The notes beneath the pieces are model-generated. The model saw only the letters and a program-made list of their open reading frames with translations. It made no database searches and was not told the origin of the DNA. Shown here in pieces: positions 15,352 to 23,663 of a stretch of 40,280 nucleotides of DNA. The stretch is from positions 1-40,280 of IMG/VR virus record IMGVR_UViG_3300013413_000001. One strand, given 5' to 3'. The stretch comes from a virus. A program made the translations under genes and the position numbers. Position 1 is the first letter of the stretch. Every line of letters starts with the position of its first letter.

Positions 15352-16560
15352 TCAGCGGACGATGCGGCAGGCCAGTTCGGGGTAGATCGAGGCCCAGCCA
15401 TAAAGCACGTCAATCCGGCAAGGCACCGTGTCAGTGCCAATCGCGTACTGGCGGCTGATACGCATTGAAATGCCCTTGTAGTTGCGACGGGCACCCCATG
15501 CGCCGTACTGGGCCACGTCTTCGAGGTCGGCGGTTGCCAGCGTGAAGGCGTCGCGGTGATACGCGAGGTTGGCGACGTAGTTGGTCGACGCAGCGATGTC
15601 CCACGTCACAGCCGCGCCGTTGGCCGGACCAGCCGAAACGGTCTGATACTGCTGGTTGGAGGCTGCGGTGTTGATCGCCGGGAAGATCGACACGGTAGCG
15701 TTGCCCGAGCCGTCAGCCGTTGCGTTGGCGGTCACGGTGAACTGGCGCAGCACGCCGGTCGATTGGCGGTTCTGCGGGTTCACACCGAACACGCCAGCGA
15801 TGGTGAAGGTGTCGCCCTTGTTCACCGTGCCAGCGGCGCCCAGACCCGCTAGGATCAGCGACGAGCCAGTCTGCGACGCGCCGTTCACGGTACCGTTGGT
15901 GCGGGTACCGGTCGTGAGCGTGTTCACGTTCTGGTCCATGCCGATGTCGAAGCCTAGACCCGAGGGCGAGAAGATGCCCGAGTCATATTGCGAGCCGATC
16001 TTGTTCGATGGGTTGAACAGGCCAGCAGCCGCCTTGACCATCGAGCCGTTCGTGGCCGGGTCCCACACGACGGTACGCATACCGTCACGGGGAGTGGCTT
16101 CGTTGTCGAGCTTCACGCCAGCGTCGAGCAGCGCCTTGATGTCGTTCGGGGTCGTGCCCACGGTACCGACAGTGTTGGCGACACCCGCGGCGAGTGCCAG
16201 GCCATCAAAGTCCAGCTTGTTGGCGATGGTCGCCATGGCCGGCTTCAGATAGCGCGTGGCGAACTCGTCAACGATCAGGGTCAGTTCCTGCGACGAGAAC
16301 GTGAAATCCACGTGGAACTGCGTGGTCAGCGTGATCGGAACCGAGGTTTCGTTCACGTTTTCGAGCGACAGGTTCGGGCCGGTCGTACCGACGAAGCGGT
16401 TCGGCTTGCGGGCGTTCACCGTTGCGCCGATCTTGGCGCCCGTGCGAGCGAACTCGTCGGAGTATTCGCGGTTCGAGCGCGACGTGAACGACAGGTTGTT
16501 CTCGAGAATCATCAGCGATTCATCGAGAATCTTGGTCGGAGTGAGAAGCGTATTGCTCAT
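15352..16560 (-). CDS. Major capsid protein (P22 coat-type)
   Basis: 402 aa with N-terminus TKILDESLMILENNLSFTSRSNREYSDEF...GATVNARKPNRF, typical of P22-type coat proteins. It follows the scaffold gene. Confidence 0.8.
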   Translation of the reverse strand: MSNTLLTPTKILDESLMILENNLSFTSRSNREYSDEFARTGAKIGATVNARKPNRFVGTTGPNLSLENVNETSVPITLTTQFHVDFTFSSQELTLIVDEFATRYLKPAMATIANKLDFDGLALAAGVANTVGTVGTTPNDIKALLDAGVKLDNEATPRDGMRTVVWDPATNGSMVKAAAGLFNPSNKIGSQYDSGIFSPSGLGFDIGMDQNVNTLTTGTRTNGTVNGASQTGSSLILAGLGAAGTVNKGDTFTIAGVFGVNPQNRQSTGVLRQFTVTANATADGSGNATVSIFPAINTAASNQQYQTVSAGPANGAAVTWDIAASTNYVANLAYHRDAFTLATADLEDVAQYGAWGARRNYKGISMRISRQYAIGTDTVPCRIDVLYGWASIYPELACRIVR

Positions 16561-16570
16561 CGTGGTTCAC

Positions 16571-17281
16571 CTATTTGCGATTGGCTTTCCGCCATGCCGC
16601 GTATTCCTCCGTCGAGGCGAACTCGGACGGTTCGGGAGCCGCAGCGCGGCCACCTACGGGGCTAATCGGCGGGGGAGCCTTGGAGACAGGAGGGGCTTTG
16701 GAGAGCGACGCTTCGATGCGCGTCAACTCCATTGCCATGCGCATGGGAGGAAGGGACAACAGACGCTCAGCCGCTTCGGGATTGCTGCCGAGGTGATGAA
16801 TCACCTTGTGGCCCGCATCCATCGCCGTGATCGCCTCAAGAAACTCTTGCGGCGCACCGCCGAGCATCCCGAACGTACGTAGCGAGGATTCCCAGTCCGG
16901 GAAATCCTTCTTGCCTGCCTCAAAGGTCTTGTTGCAGGCCTCGTCAAAGCGTTCTTGCTGCACCAGCCGCTTCGCTTCCGTGCGGATCTCGTCGGCAGTC
17001 ATTGGCTTGGGAGCCTGCTGCGTCTGGTCCGGCTGCTGGTACTGGCGCAATTGCGCTTCGAGGGCTTCGCGTTGCCGCTTTTCCTCGTGTTTCTCCCGCG
17101 TGAGCTGGTCGATGCGGCGTTGCACCCAATCGTTCTTGGGCTTGGCTTCCTGCGTCGTGTCGATCTGCTGCGCGGCTTGTCCGGTGCCCGACTCCGAACC
17201 TTCTACGAGCGGTTGCGCCTGTTCCTGTCCCGTAGGCGTGACGGTTTCCACTACCGGTACAACTTGATCTTCGGTTTGCAT
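16571..17281 (-). CDS. Scaffolding protein
   Basis: Start at the internal ATG (MQTEDQVV). It is acidic, Gln/Glu-rich and helical, and lies between portal and coat. Confidence 0.65.
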   Translation of the reverse strand: MQTEDQVVPVVETVTPTGQEQAQPLVEGSESGTGQAAQQIDTTQEAKPKNDWVQRRIDQLTREKHEEKRQREALEAQLRQYQQPDQTQQAPKPMTADEIRTEAKRLVQQERFDEACNKTFEAGKKDFPDWESSLRTFGMLGGAPQEFLEAITAMDAGHKVIHHLGSNPEAAERLLSLPPMRMAMELTRIEASLSKAPPVSKAPPPISPVGGRAAAPEPSEFASTEEYAAWRKANRK

Positions 17282-17324
17282 GGACGAGTCCAAGAATTGA
17301 GCCCCGCGATGCCGCGCGGGTGCG

Positions 17325-17355
17325 GAAAACAAAAAAGCCGCCCGGAGGCGGCTTG
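17325..17355 (-). terminator. Rho-independent terminator between the 102-aa gene and the scaffold gene
   Basis: The minus strand reads AAGCCGCC-TCCG-GGCGGCTT followed by TTTTTGTTTT. Confidence 0.7.
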
Positions 17356-17375
17356 GTGAGGGAGCGGGAAGCGGG

Positions 17376-17684
17376 TTAGCGCTGGCCGCCGATGATGTAT
17401 TGCTCGCTGGTCGGCGTGATCGAGCCGGCGGTCGTGTTGATGTACTGAATCGCCAGCGTGTTGGCGGCGGACACGCGCACGTTGCCGATCGCAAGGCCGG
17501 TCTGATGCGATGCCTTGTTGATGTCGAGCGAGTCACCGACCTGCAGGCCCGGCACCGTGAAGGTCTGCTCGACGGTCGTGTTGGCGCCAACAGCGGTGGG
17601 CGTCAACACCTGGCGGATGATGAACAGCGCAGTCACGGGCGTCGGGTTGGACGCGTCCTGAAGAATTCCGATGTAGCCGGGCAT
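17376..17684 (-). CDS. Small beta-rich protein (102 aa) between portal and scaffold; possible decoration or accessory head protein
   Basis: ATG with an AAGGAA SD. It is Thr/Val/Gly-rich and followed by its own terminator. No motif recognised. Confidence 0.5.
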   Translation of the reverse strand: MPGYIGILQDASNPTPVTALFIIRQVLTPTAVGANTTVEQTFTVPGLQVGDSLDINKASHQTGLAIGNVRVSAANTLAIQYINTTAGSITPTSEQYIIGGQR

Positions 17685-17693
17685 GGTTGTTCC

Positions 17694-19805
17694 TTATTGA
17701 GCGGGCAAAGAAAAACCCGCGCTCGGCGGGTTCGGTTGGGGTTGCTGCTGCTGTGGATCTGGCGGCGAATCTGCGGGCATGCCGGTCTGCATCATCTGCA
17801 TCACGACCTGTGTCGCCACGTGCGCCACGACCTGCGGGTCGAGCGGCTGGCCCAACGCCTGCAAGCGCTTGGTCTCCGCGTCGTATTCCTTGATGTTGAC
17901 CTCTTTCGCTTCCTTGCCGGTCTGAGCGTCCTGAAGTGCTTGCGACAGATGCTCGATCATCTGGCCCATTTGCTGCATCTTCTGTTGCATGTCCTGCTCG
18001 GTCGGGCTCGGACCTTCGCCAAGGATCGCCTTCGGGATCGTGCGATGCAGACGTTCTGCGACATCCGAGGCCATCGGGAAGTCGGCCGCCTTGAACAGCA
18101 GATCGCCGGCTACCTTCATCAGGTCCTTGTCCTGCGACATGATCTGCGTGAGCGCATTGAAGGCTTCCTGCCGGCGCGTCTCGAAGTTCGGGCCGACTTC
18201 CACCGTCACGTCATAGCGCCCGATGCCGGGGTTGTAGATCAACTGTACGTCCATGCCTTCGCGCTCTTTCTCGTCGGGCGCGGGCTGGCCGTTGGGCATC
18301 GCAACAGGATGCTGCTGCTCGGGGTCAATCGTGGCGAACGTCTCCGTGCCGTCTTCCCCGAGGATGCGCAGCACGCGCTTCGTGTCGTAAATCTTGGGGA
18401 TCAGATCGATCAGGATGCGACCGGTGTAGCGGATCGCGCGGGCCACGTTGTCGATGTAGTGATACGTCGCCGTGTCGCCCTGGCGCTGACGAGCCTGAAT
18501 CGCAACACCGGCCTGAGCGTTCGACGGCTGGCCGAATTGCTCCTGATACTGGCCCGAGGCCATCATCAGTTCTTGCTGTGCGGTCTGCATGCCGGTCAGG
18601 TAAGCGGCAGCACCGACAGGCGGTTGCTCGCGCTGCGGCTTCTGGATCGGATTGCCCTGCTCGTCGTAAGCGTTGTACGGCAGATACGGCAGGTTATCGA
18701 GGTTCGCGCGGCTCCATTCCGACTCATAGCCTTCGATGGCTTCAGCCGCGGCGATGAACGGCGTTTTGGTCTGCAGCGCGATGAACTCGACGTTGGCAGA
18801 CGACATGTAGTTGTACATGCGTTGCGCGTCCTTTAGGTTGCGCGTATGGCCCTTGCGCTCGATCTTGCCCTCGATGTACCGCTCTTCGCCCACCACGCGC
18901 ACGATTGGGATGTACCGACCGGGCCATGGCTTGGTGTCGATCACCTTATTGCCGGCAATCTTGCACCACGTGATTTCAGGCATCATCACAGGCCGCTTCT
19001 GAACCTGTGGATCGGCCATGAGCGCCTTAGCCTCATCGGGATTCTCGACATCCGACAGCAGCATCGGGCCGTTCATCGGATGGTTGATGAGCGTTTCAGC
19101 CTTGTTGCGCTTGTAGAAATATTCCGCGACGCGGATCTTGTCCTTGTCGATCCAAGTATTGCCGGTGCGATCGAGCGGGAAGCTCACATCCTTGGCTTCC
19201 TCGCCCGGATACTGCGCCTTGAACTCACTCTCGGTGATGTCCTCGAACACGAAGGCGAACTTGGCGTCAGCGCCATCGGCCGATTCGATGTCAGGGTCCA
19301 GATAGACCGTCATCGCATCCTTGACGCGGCGCAGGAAGATTTCCTGCTCGAAGCTGCCATCGTGCGCGTACTCCGTCACGACGCGCCAGAAGCCAATCCC
19401 ACCTTCCACAGCCGATTCCGTGGCCGTGTCGTACACCGTCTCGGCGTGCGAGTTGTACTCGATGTGCCGAACGATGCCGTCATAGATCTTGGCGACCTCG
19501 ACATCGGCAGCGCCATCGACCGGCAGCGTCTTGATGCTTGGCTTGTTCTTCTTGGCGTCGTTGATGATCTGCAGGTTGTGCTGACGCGTCTTGTTGATCG
19601 TCAGGCATGGGCGATTGTCACCGTCGCGGCTGTTGCGGATCTGGTCGGGCCACTGCCAGCCGTTGTCCGGATCTCCATTAGCAAACTTCACGTCCTCGAC
19701 AAAGCGACGGCGAAACTCGTCCTCGATCTCCTGGCAGCGAGCGAAGCGGTCCTGCGCCTCTTTCACTATTGGGTCGAGCCCGTCGTCTTTGCGCTTGCGT
19801 GCCAT
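17694..19805 (-). CDS. Portal protein
   Basis: 703 aa, directly downstream of the terminase genes, with an acidic/Gln-rich C-terminal tail. Size and synteny are typical of a P22-like portal. Confidence 0.8.
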   Translation of the reverse strand: MARKRKDDGLDPIVKEAQDRFARCQEIEDEFRRRFVEDVKFANGDPDNGWQWPDQIRNSRDGDNRPCLTINKTRQHNLQIINDAKKNKPSIKTLPVDGAADVEVAKIYDGIVRHIEYNSHAETVYDTATESAVEGGIGFWRVVTEYAHDGSFEQEIFLRRVKDAMTVYLDPDIESADGADAKFAFVFEDITESEFKAQYPGEEAKDVSFPLDRTGNTWIDKDKIRVAEYFYKRNKAETLINHPMNGPMLLSDVENPDEAKALMADPQVQKRPVMMPEITWCKIAGNKVIDTKPWPGRYIPIVRVVGEERYIEGKIERKGHTRNLKDAQRMYNYMSSANVEFIALQTKTPFIAAAEAIEGYESEWSRANLDNLPYLPYNAYDEQGNPIQKPQREQPPVGAAAYLTGMQTAQQELMMASGQYQEQFGQPSNAQAGVAIQARQRQGDTATYHYIDNVARAIRYTGRILIDLIPKIYDTKRVLRILGEDGTETFATIDPEQQHPVAMPNGQPAPDEKEREGMDVQLIYNPGIGRYDVTVEVGPNFETRRQEAFNALTQIMSQDKDLMKVAGDLLFKAADFPMASDVAERLHRTIPKAILGEGPSPTEQDMQQKMQQMGQMIEHLSQALQDAQTGKEAKEVNIKEYDAETKRLQALGQPLDPQVVAHVATQVVMQMMQTGMPADSPPDPQQQQPQPNPPSAGFSLPAQ

Positions 19806-19807
19806 AT

Positions 19808-20002
19808 TTATCGAGGCGTTGCGTTCAGGTGCGTGTCAGGTACGTTGACAACCGTCAATCCATTGGGGAAAGCCCATCCGTCGCCGGCTTGTACCGTCCA
19901 TGTGCCATCGTTGCCACCAAGCACGGTCACCGTGCGGTTGATGTACTCGGGCATGCCAGAGCGGACGATGTAGGCCATGTCGCCGGGGGCAAAGGAGTTC
20001 AT
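19808..20002 (-). CDS. Small hypothetical protein (64 aa) between TerL and portal
   Basis: ATG 1 nt after the TerL stop, filling the whole intergenic gap. Confidence 0.5.
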   Translation of the reverse strand: MNSFAPGDMAYIVRSGMPEYINRTVTVLGGNDGTWTVQAGDGWAFPNGLTVVNVPDTHLNATPR

Positions 20003-20003
20003 G

Positions 20004-21263
20004 TCAGTTCATCCAGCCGCCAGTGCCCATCGGGCCACGAGCGCGGTTAGGTTTGTCCTGTGGTTTCTTTGGCTCCCGCAGCGCGACAGCCAGGTATCGG
20101 AAAGCATCTGCGCCGTGCGAGGCCCAATCGTGCAGCGGCTTGGTGCTGTACTGCCGCGTGTCAGGATCGACCTCGTAGCGGTAGTTGCGCAGGCACTGGA
20201 TGCCATCGGCGCATTTGTCCGCGTCGAACCAGCACGCGCCAAAGATCGTGCGAGCCGCGTTGATACCGTCCGCTACGCTGCTCTTCGGTGTGATGCGCAC
20301 CTTGAAGCCCGCGGCTCTGGCCTGCTGCGCAATCGTGCGCTCCGAGGCCAGCAATTCGTTGTCCGCGTCGTGTGGCAGCCAAGTATCGCCGTACACGTAC
20401 GACTTACCCTGCAGATGCTTCAGGTAATGCGCCAGCGCGTGGCCTTGGTTCTCGTAGTAGTCGATCACTCGGAACTCGAAGCCCACCATCTGCGCGAACC
20501 AGATTGCCGTTTTGTCCGCCCTGCCCAAGTCCCAGAACGTATGCACTGGCTTGGACTCGTCATAAGGCACTCGGGTAAAGCGCTGCTCTTCCGTCGCCCT
20601 GCGTACCTCGTTGGCGTAGATCGCACCGTCCAGCGTCTGCTTGCAATGCCCTTCCCACACCGTCAGGTATGCATCAGGGTCTTTCGCCTTCAGATCGTCC
20701 TTCTCCTGCTCCAGCACCTTGGGAAACCAAGGGTTGTCGGACCAGTTGATCTTGACGACGATGCTGCTCGTCGGCGGCTTCACCACGAACCGCTGATATG
20801 TTTCGTCCGCCTCAAGCGACGGGTTGAACGTGATCCAGATTTCCGACTCTTCCTTACGGATGGTCGGGATCAACGTGTCCCACGAGCTTTTGCTGATCGT
20901 CTGCGCTTCCTCGCACCACACGATGTCAACGCCCTCGAAGGACTTGATCTTGGTGACGTTGTGCCGCAGGCCAGCAAAGTAGAACGCACTGCCGTTCTTG
21001 CCGATGATCGTCGTGTTCTGGATCTCGTAGAAGTCCGACAGACCGAGCGCCTTGATCTGGTCACTCAGCAGCGCATGAACAGACTCGCTGATCGAGTTCT
21101 GGAACTCACGCGCGCACAGAATGCGTAGGGGCTTGCCAGCAGCCAGAATCAGCAGTGCTCGGGCTACACCCCACGACTTCGCGCCGCCGCGCCCTCCGTA
21201 GAGGACTTTGTAACGGCTGCGCTCGAACAAGCATTGCAGCTTCTCAGGAAACTGGATTTCCAT
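20004..21263 (-). CDS. terL: Terminase large subunit
   Basis: Walker A-like YGGRGGAKSWGVARAL, an ATPase-then-nuclease layout, and a position after TerS. Confidence 0.85.
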   Translation of the reverse strand: MEIQFPEKLQCLFERSRYKVLYGGRGGAKSWGVARALLILAAGKPLRILCAREFQNSISESVHALLSDQIKALGLSDFYEIQNTTIIGKNGSAFYFAGLRHNVTKIKSFEGVDIVWCEEAQTISKSSWDTLIPTIRKEESEIWITFNPSLEADETYQRFVVKPPTSSIVVKINWSDNPWFPKVLEQEKDDLKAKDPDAYLTVWEGHCKQTLDGAIYANEVRRATEEQRFTRVPYDESKPVHTFWDLGRADKTAIWFAQMVGFEFRVIDYYENQGHALAHYLKHLQGKSYVYGDTWLPHDADNELLASERTIAQQARAAGFKVRITPKSSVADGINAARTIFGACWFDADKCADGIQCLRNYRYEVDPDTRQYSTKPLHDWASHGADAFRYLAVALREPKKPQDKPNRARGPMGTGGWMN

Positions 21264-21603
21264 CCGGAGTCTTGAAGCTGATTGTGATGCTCTGCGTTAG
21301 CGGTCCACCATTAGCGCCAGTGACCTCGGCCTGCACATTCGCCAACTTGGCATGCACAAAGGGCGCGGCCTTCTGCGCAACCTCGGCAGCCTGAATACGG
21401 TAATCGAGAGGGGTGACGACCTTCCCGCCGTCCCCGCCAACCTCGCCGTTCTCAGCCATCTGCCACAGCTCGCGCATCGTGCCGAGCATTACCTCAAGCG
21501 GCGTGATGCCCTCGGCCGCAGCCTTGTCCGCAATCTCTCGGGTCTTCTTTGTCACGGCGCCAGGTTTGCGTCCCGCGCCTTCGCGTGATCCGCCTCGGGC
21601 CAT
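21244..21603 (-). CDS. terS: Terminase small subunit
   Basis: The N-terminus MARGGSREGAGRKPGAVTKKT is typical of small terminases. It overlaps the TerL start by 20 nt. Confidence 0.7.
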   Translation of the reverse strand: MARGGSREGAGRKPGAVTKKTREIADKAAAEGITPLEVMLGTMRELWQMAENGEVGGDGGKVVTPLDYRIQAAEVAQKAAPFVHAKLANVQAEVTGANGGPLTQSITISFKTPDGNPVS

Positions 21604-21641
21604 GTTTGATTACCTTTGATTTCGTTTGATTGTTTTCAATC

Positions 21642-21977
21642 TTAATTTGCCCAGCTTGTCTCTATGTCGCCAACCAATCCCGTCGTCCTTGACTCGGAAG
21701 TCTTGCAGCCCCATGTCATTGCGGCTCGTGGAAGCCGACTTATCAGCCTTGAGCCCTTCAAAGATGCGAGGTCGCGCGCCACGAGCGGGTTATTGGCCCT
21801 GCATGTCACCTCGCCTATCCCGTAAGGGAGATGCCGCGTGGCCTTCCACATCCGACGCCCACTTTTGTAGTAAGGCGTGATGCCCACATTATCCAATTCC
21901 TCTAGCGAGGCGAATCGTCCGCGCCAGCGCTTGCCAAGATCAACTTTGTGATTCGGATTGAACGGAATCGGTAGCAT
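21642..21977 (-). CDS. Hypothetical protein (111 aa), first ORF of the late operon
   Basis: Internal ATG (MLPIPFNPNHK) downstream of the leader terminator. GC is lower than in neighbouring genes, and no motif was recognised. Confidence 0.4.
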   Translation of the reverse strand: MLPIPFNPNHKVDLGKRWRGRFASLEELDNVGITPYYKSGRRMWKATRHLPYGIGEVTCRANNPLVARDLASLKGSRLISRLPRAAMTWGCKTSESRTTGLVGDIETSWAN

Positions 21978-22084
21978 CGGCAAATCCTTAGTTGAATCAA
22001 TCACATCAAGGAGCGCGCCCCTATGCGGCGATTGGGGGAATCGCGGGAGGCGTGTCCGCTGGAGCGCGCTGCTAGATGCGACTG

Positions 22085-22113
22085 CAAAAGAAAAACCCCG
22101 CACGAGGCGGGGC
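22085..22113 (-). terminator. Rho-independent terminator at the end of the late leader (tR'-like)
   Basis: The minus strand reads CCCCGC-CTCGT-GCGGGG followed by TTTTTCTTTT. A 6-bp GCTAGC hairpin lies just upstream (22119-22137). Confidence 0.65.
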
Positions 22114-22235
22114 GGGAAGCTAGCCTTTCGAGCTAGCGGAGGAGACAAGGTGCAACGTGATGCTGGGTGAGGGGCCGGTTGGACGTTGACTTTGCCGAGA
22201 CACGTTACCGGCCTGCGCGATCGGCACCGCGCATT

Positions 22236-22311
22236 CCCTCGCGTTTGGTGACTGCGACCGGAGCATCCCGGACTCGACTAAGCCGTGCTGTTCAGTCACC
22301 AAACGCGAGGG
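22236..22311 (-). repeat. Perfect 19-bp inverted repeat (CCCTCGCGTTTGGTGACTG / CAGTCACCAAACGCGAGGG) with a 38-nt spacer, inside the late leader
   Basis: Arms at 22236-22254 and 22293-22311 were read directly. The spacer itself contains a short CCGG...CCGG hairpin. Confidence 0.85.
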
Positions 22312-22376
22312 CGCTACGTTTCGTGTAGCACTCGGCCTCAACAGAGGCACCAAGGGAGACTATCTATACGAGGCTG

Positions 22377-22406
22377 ATTTTAGGGAAGAAAAGCGAACAT
22401 TTCCAA
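22377..22406 (-). promoter_or_regulatory. Putative late promoter (TTGGAA-18 nt-TAAAAT on the minus strand)
   Basis: The hexamers were read on the minus strand in an AT-rich gap just downstream of the Q-like gene. No experimental support. Confidence 0.35.
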
Positions 22407-22431
22407 AACTGTTTTGTCGAAAATTTTCGCC

Positions 22432-22851
22432 TTAATCCACTACGGCGACTTCCTGCCTTTGCCCATACTGCTCGTCAGTCTGAACGCGCCGCAGAATCTT
22501 GCCCATCCTCACGGCTTCACGCGCAAACCTGCGAGCGCGATAGGTCACGGTCGATTGAGCCACCTCGAGATCAATCGCAATGGCCTTGCGCTTGTCCGAG
22601 TTCACCCACAGGCGCACGAAGCATTGCAAGTCGATGCTATCCGGCTCATTCTCAGCCAGTCCGTGGATAGCCTGGTTGAAAAAGGCAAGCTCCTGGGAGA
22701 GCTCCGCATCAGGCTCGGGCCGCACGCGTGACGGCTGGAACCTGCCCAAGACATTGCCCTTTACCTTCGGCGCAAGAATCCCCTTGCTGCCGCACCAGAT
22801 TACCCACGCACCGCACTTCGCGTCTAGTTGCTGGTCATCCATTCGATTCAT
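22432..22851 (-). CDS. Q-like late-gene antiterminator / late regulator
   Basis: It has a GAWVIWCG segment and a C-terminal HTH-like KRKAIAIDLEVAQSTVTYRARRFAREAV. It lies immediately upstream of the promoter-leader-terminator region. The start codon is uncertain (22851 or 22842). Confidence 0.5.
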   Translation of the reverse strand: MNRMDDQQLDAKCGAWVIWCGSKGILAPKVKGNVLGRFQPSRVRPEPDAELSQELAFFNQAIHGLAENEPDSIDLQCFVRLWVNSDKRKAIAIDLEVAQSTVTYRARRFAREAVRMGKILRRVQTDEQYGQRQEVAVVD

Positions 22852-23278
22852 CCCTATGGTTGTCCGCCTTGGATACTCGATCCTTGAGTGATCGGATGGC
22901 TGCAATCGTTACTTGCACATGTTCCTCTCCGAACGTCATTGGAATTAGCGACGGGTCTTGGCTCAGTTCAAGCATGACACGGCGAAATGCGTCATATCCG
23001 ATCTTTGCCTGAGCCTCGATGACTGCCATTTCCTTTTGATGCGACTCGCGCCGCAGCACAGCTTCAGTCTCCGCAATCTCTCGTTTGTCGGCTTGAGAAA
23101 TCATGAAACGAATGAGGTAGTAGCCGGCCGCTCCGAGAGAGCCAATAACCGTCGCCCATGTCAGGAACGTCATGACTGGAGGCAAAGCACGATCCAGCAC
23201 GAGATACCAGACAAACGCATCCTTTGCTGTCTCGCCGAGCCCCTGCATCATCTGCAGGATGAGTTTTAGTTCTTCCAT
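22835..23278 (-). CDS. Membrane protein (two predicted TM segments) with a coiled C-terminal half
   Basis: FVWYLVLDRALPPVMTFLTWATVIGSLGAAGYYLIRF. The ATG at 23278 overlaps the upstream stop. Confidence 0.5.
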   Translation of the reverse strand: MEELKLILQMMQGLGETAKDAFVWYLVLDRALPPVMTFLTWATVIGSLGAAGYYLIRFMISQADKREIAETEAVLRRESHQKEMAVIEAQAKIGYDAFRRVMLELSQDPSLIPMTFGEEHVQVTIAAIRSLKDRVSKADNHRDESNG

Positions 23279-23553
23279 CACGCCACCTCCATCAGCAATC
23301 GAATCGTGTCATTGAGTACCGAAAGTTCGTCCTTCTTGAGCACCTTCCAGATACGCTTTTGCCCATGCAGCCCATTGAAATGATCCATATGGCAGCTTCG
23401 GCACAACGGAATTGCCGTGTACCACGCTCCCTGCTCTATCTCGTGCGCGTCGCTCGGCCCACCGGTCCCGCAGCACCCGCAGTCCATCGACTTGATGCGC
23501 TCGATGTGGCGGGACTCGGCTGCGGTGGGCTTGGGCTTATTTTTGGATTGCAT
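23278..23553 (-). CDS. Ref-like / HNH-fold small nuclease (recombination enhancement-type)
   Basis: The pattern CGCCG...AHEIEQG...AIPLCRSCH...NGLHG resembles Ref-type nucleases found in lambdoid nin regions. Confidence 0.45.
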   Translation of the reverse strand: MQSKNKPKPTAAESRHIERIKSMDCGCCGTGGPSDAHEIEQGAWYTAIPLCRSCHMDHFNGLHGQKRIWKVLKKDELSVLNDTIRLLMEVA

Positions 23554-23556
23554 AGC

Positions 23557-23613
23557 TCATACCCCATGCCACCAGAAATACCAGCCCAGCCACGGCCAAT
23601 AGATCAGTCCCAT
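23557..23613 (-). CDS. Micro-ORF encoding an 18-aa Trp-rich hydrophobic peptide MGLIYWPWLGWYFWWHGV
   Basis: Not in the ORF track. ATG is preceded by AAGGAGGG at a 5-nt spacing, and the stop is 3 nt before the next gene's start. Confidence 0.4.
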   Translation of the reverse strand: MGLIYWPWLGWYFWWHGV

Positions 23614-23663
23614 GTCAGCCCTCCTTTGAAAGTTCATCTGGAATGCAGTTGTGCGCTTGGTGG

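Noticed and set aside
17400-21128. Large + strand ORFs (478, 375 and 383 aa) opposite the portal and terminase genes
   Set aside because: These are typical antisense ORFs of GC-rich DNA. They are Arg/Leu/His-rich with no motifs, while the minus strand carries clear portal and TerL sequences.
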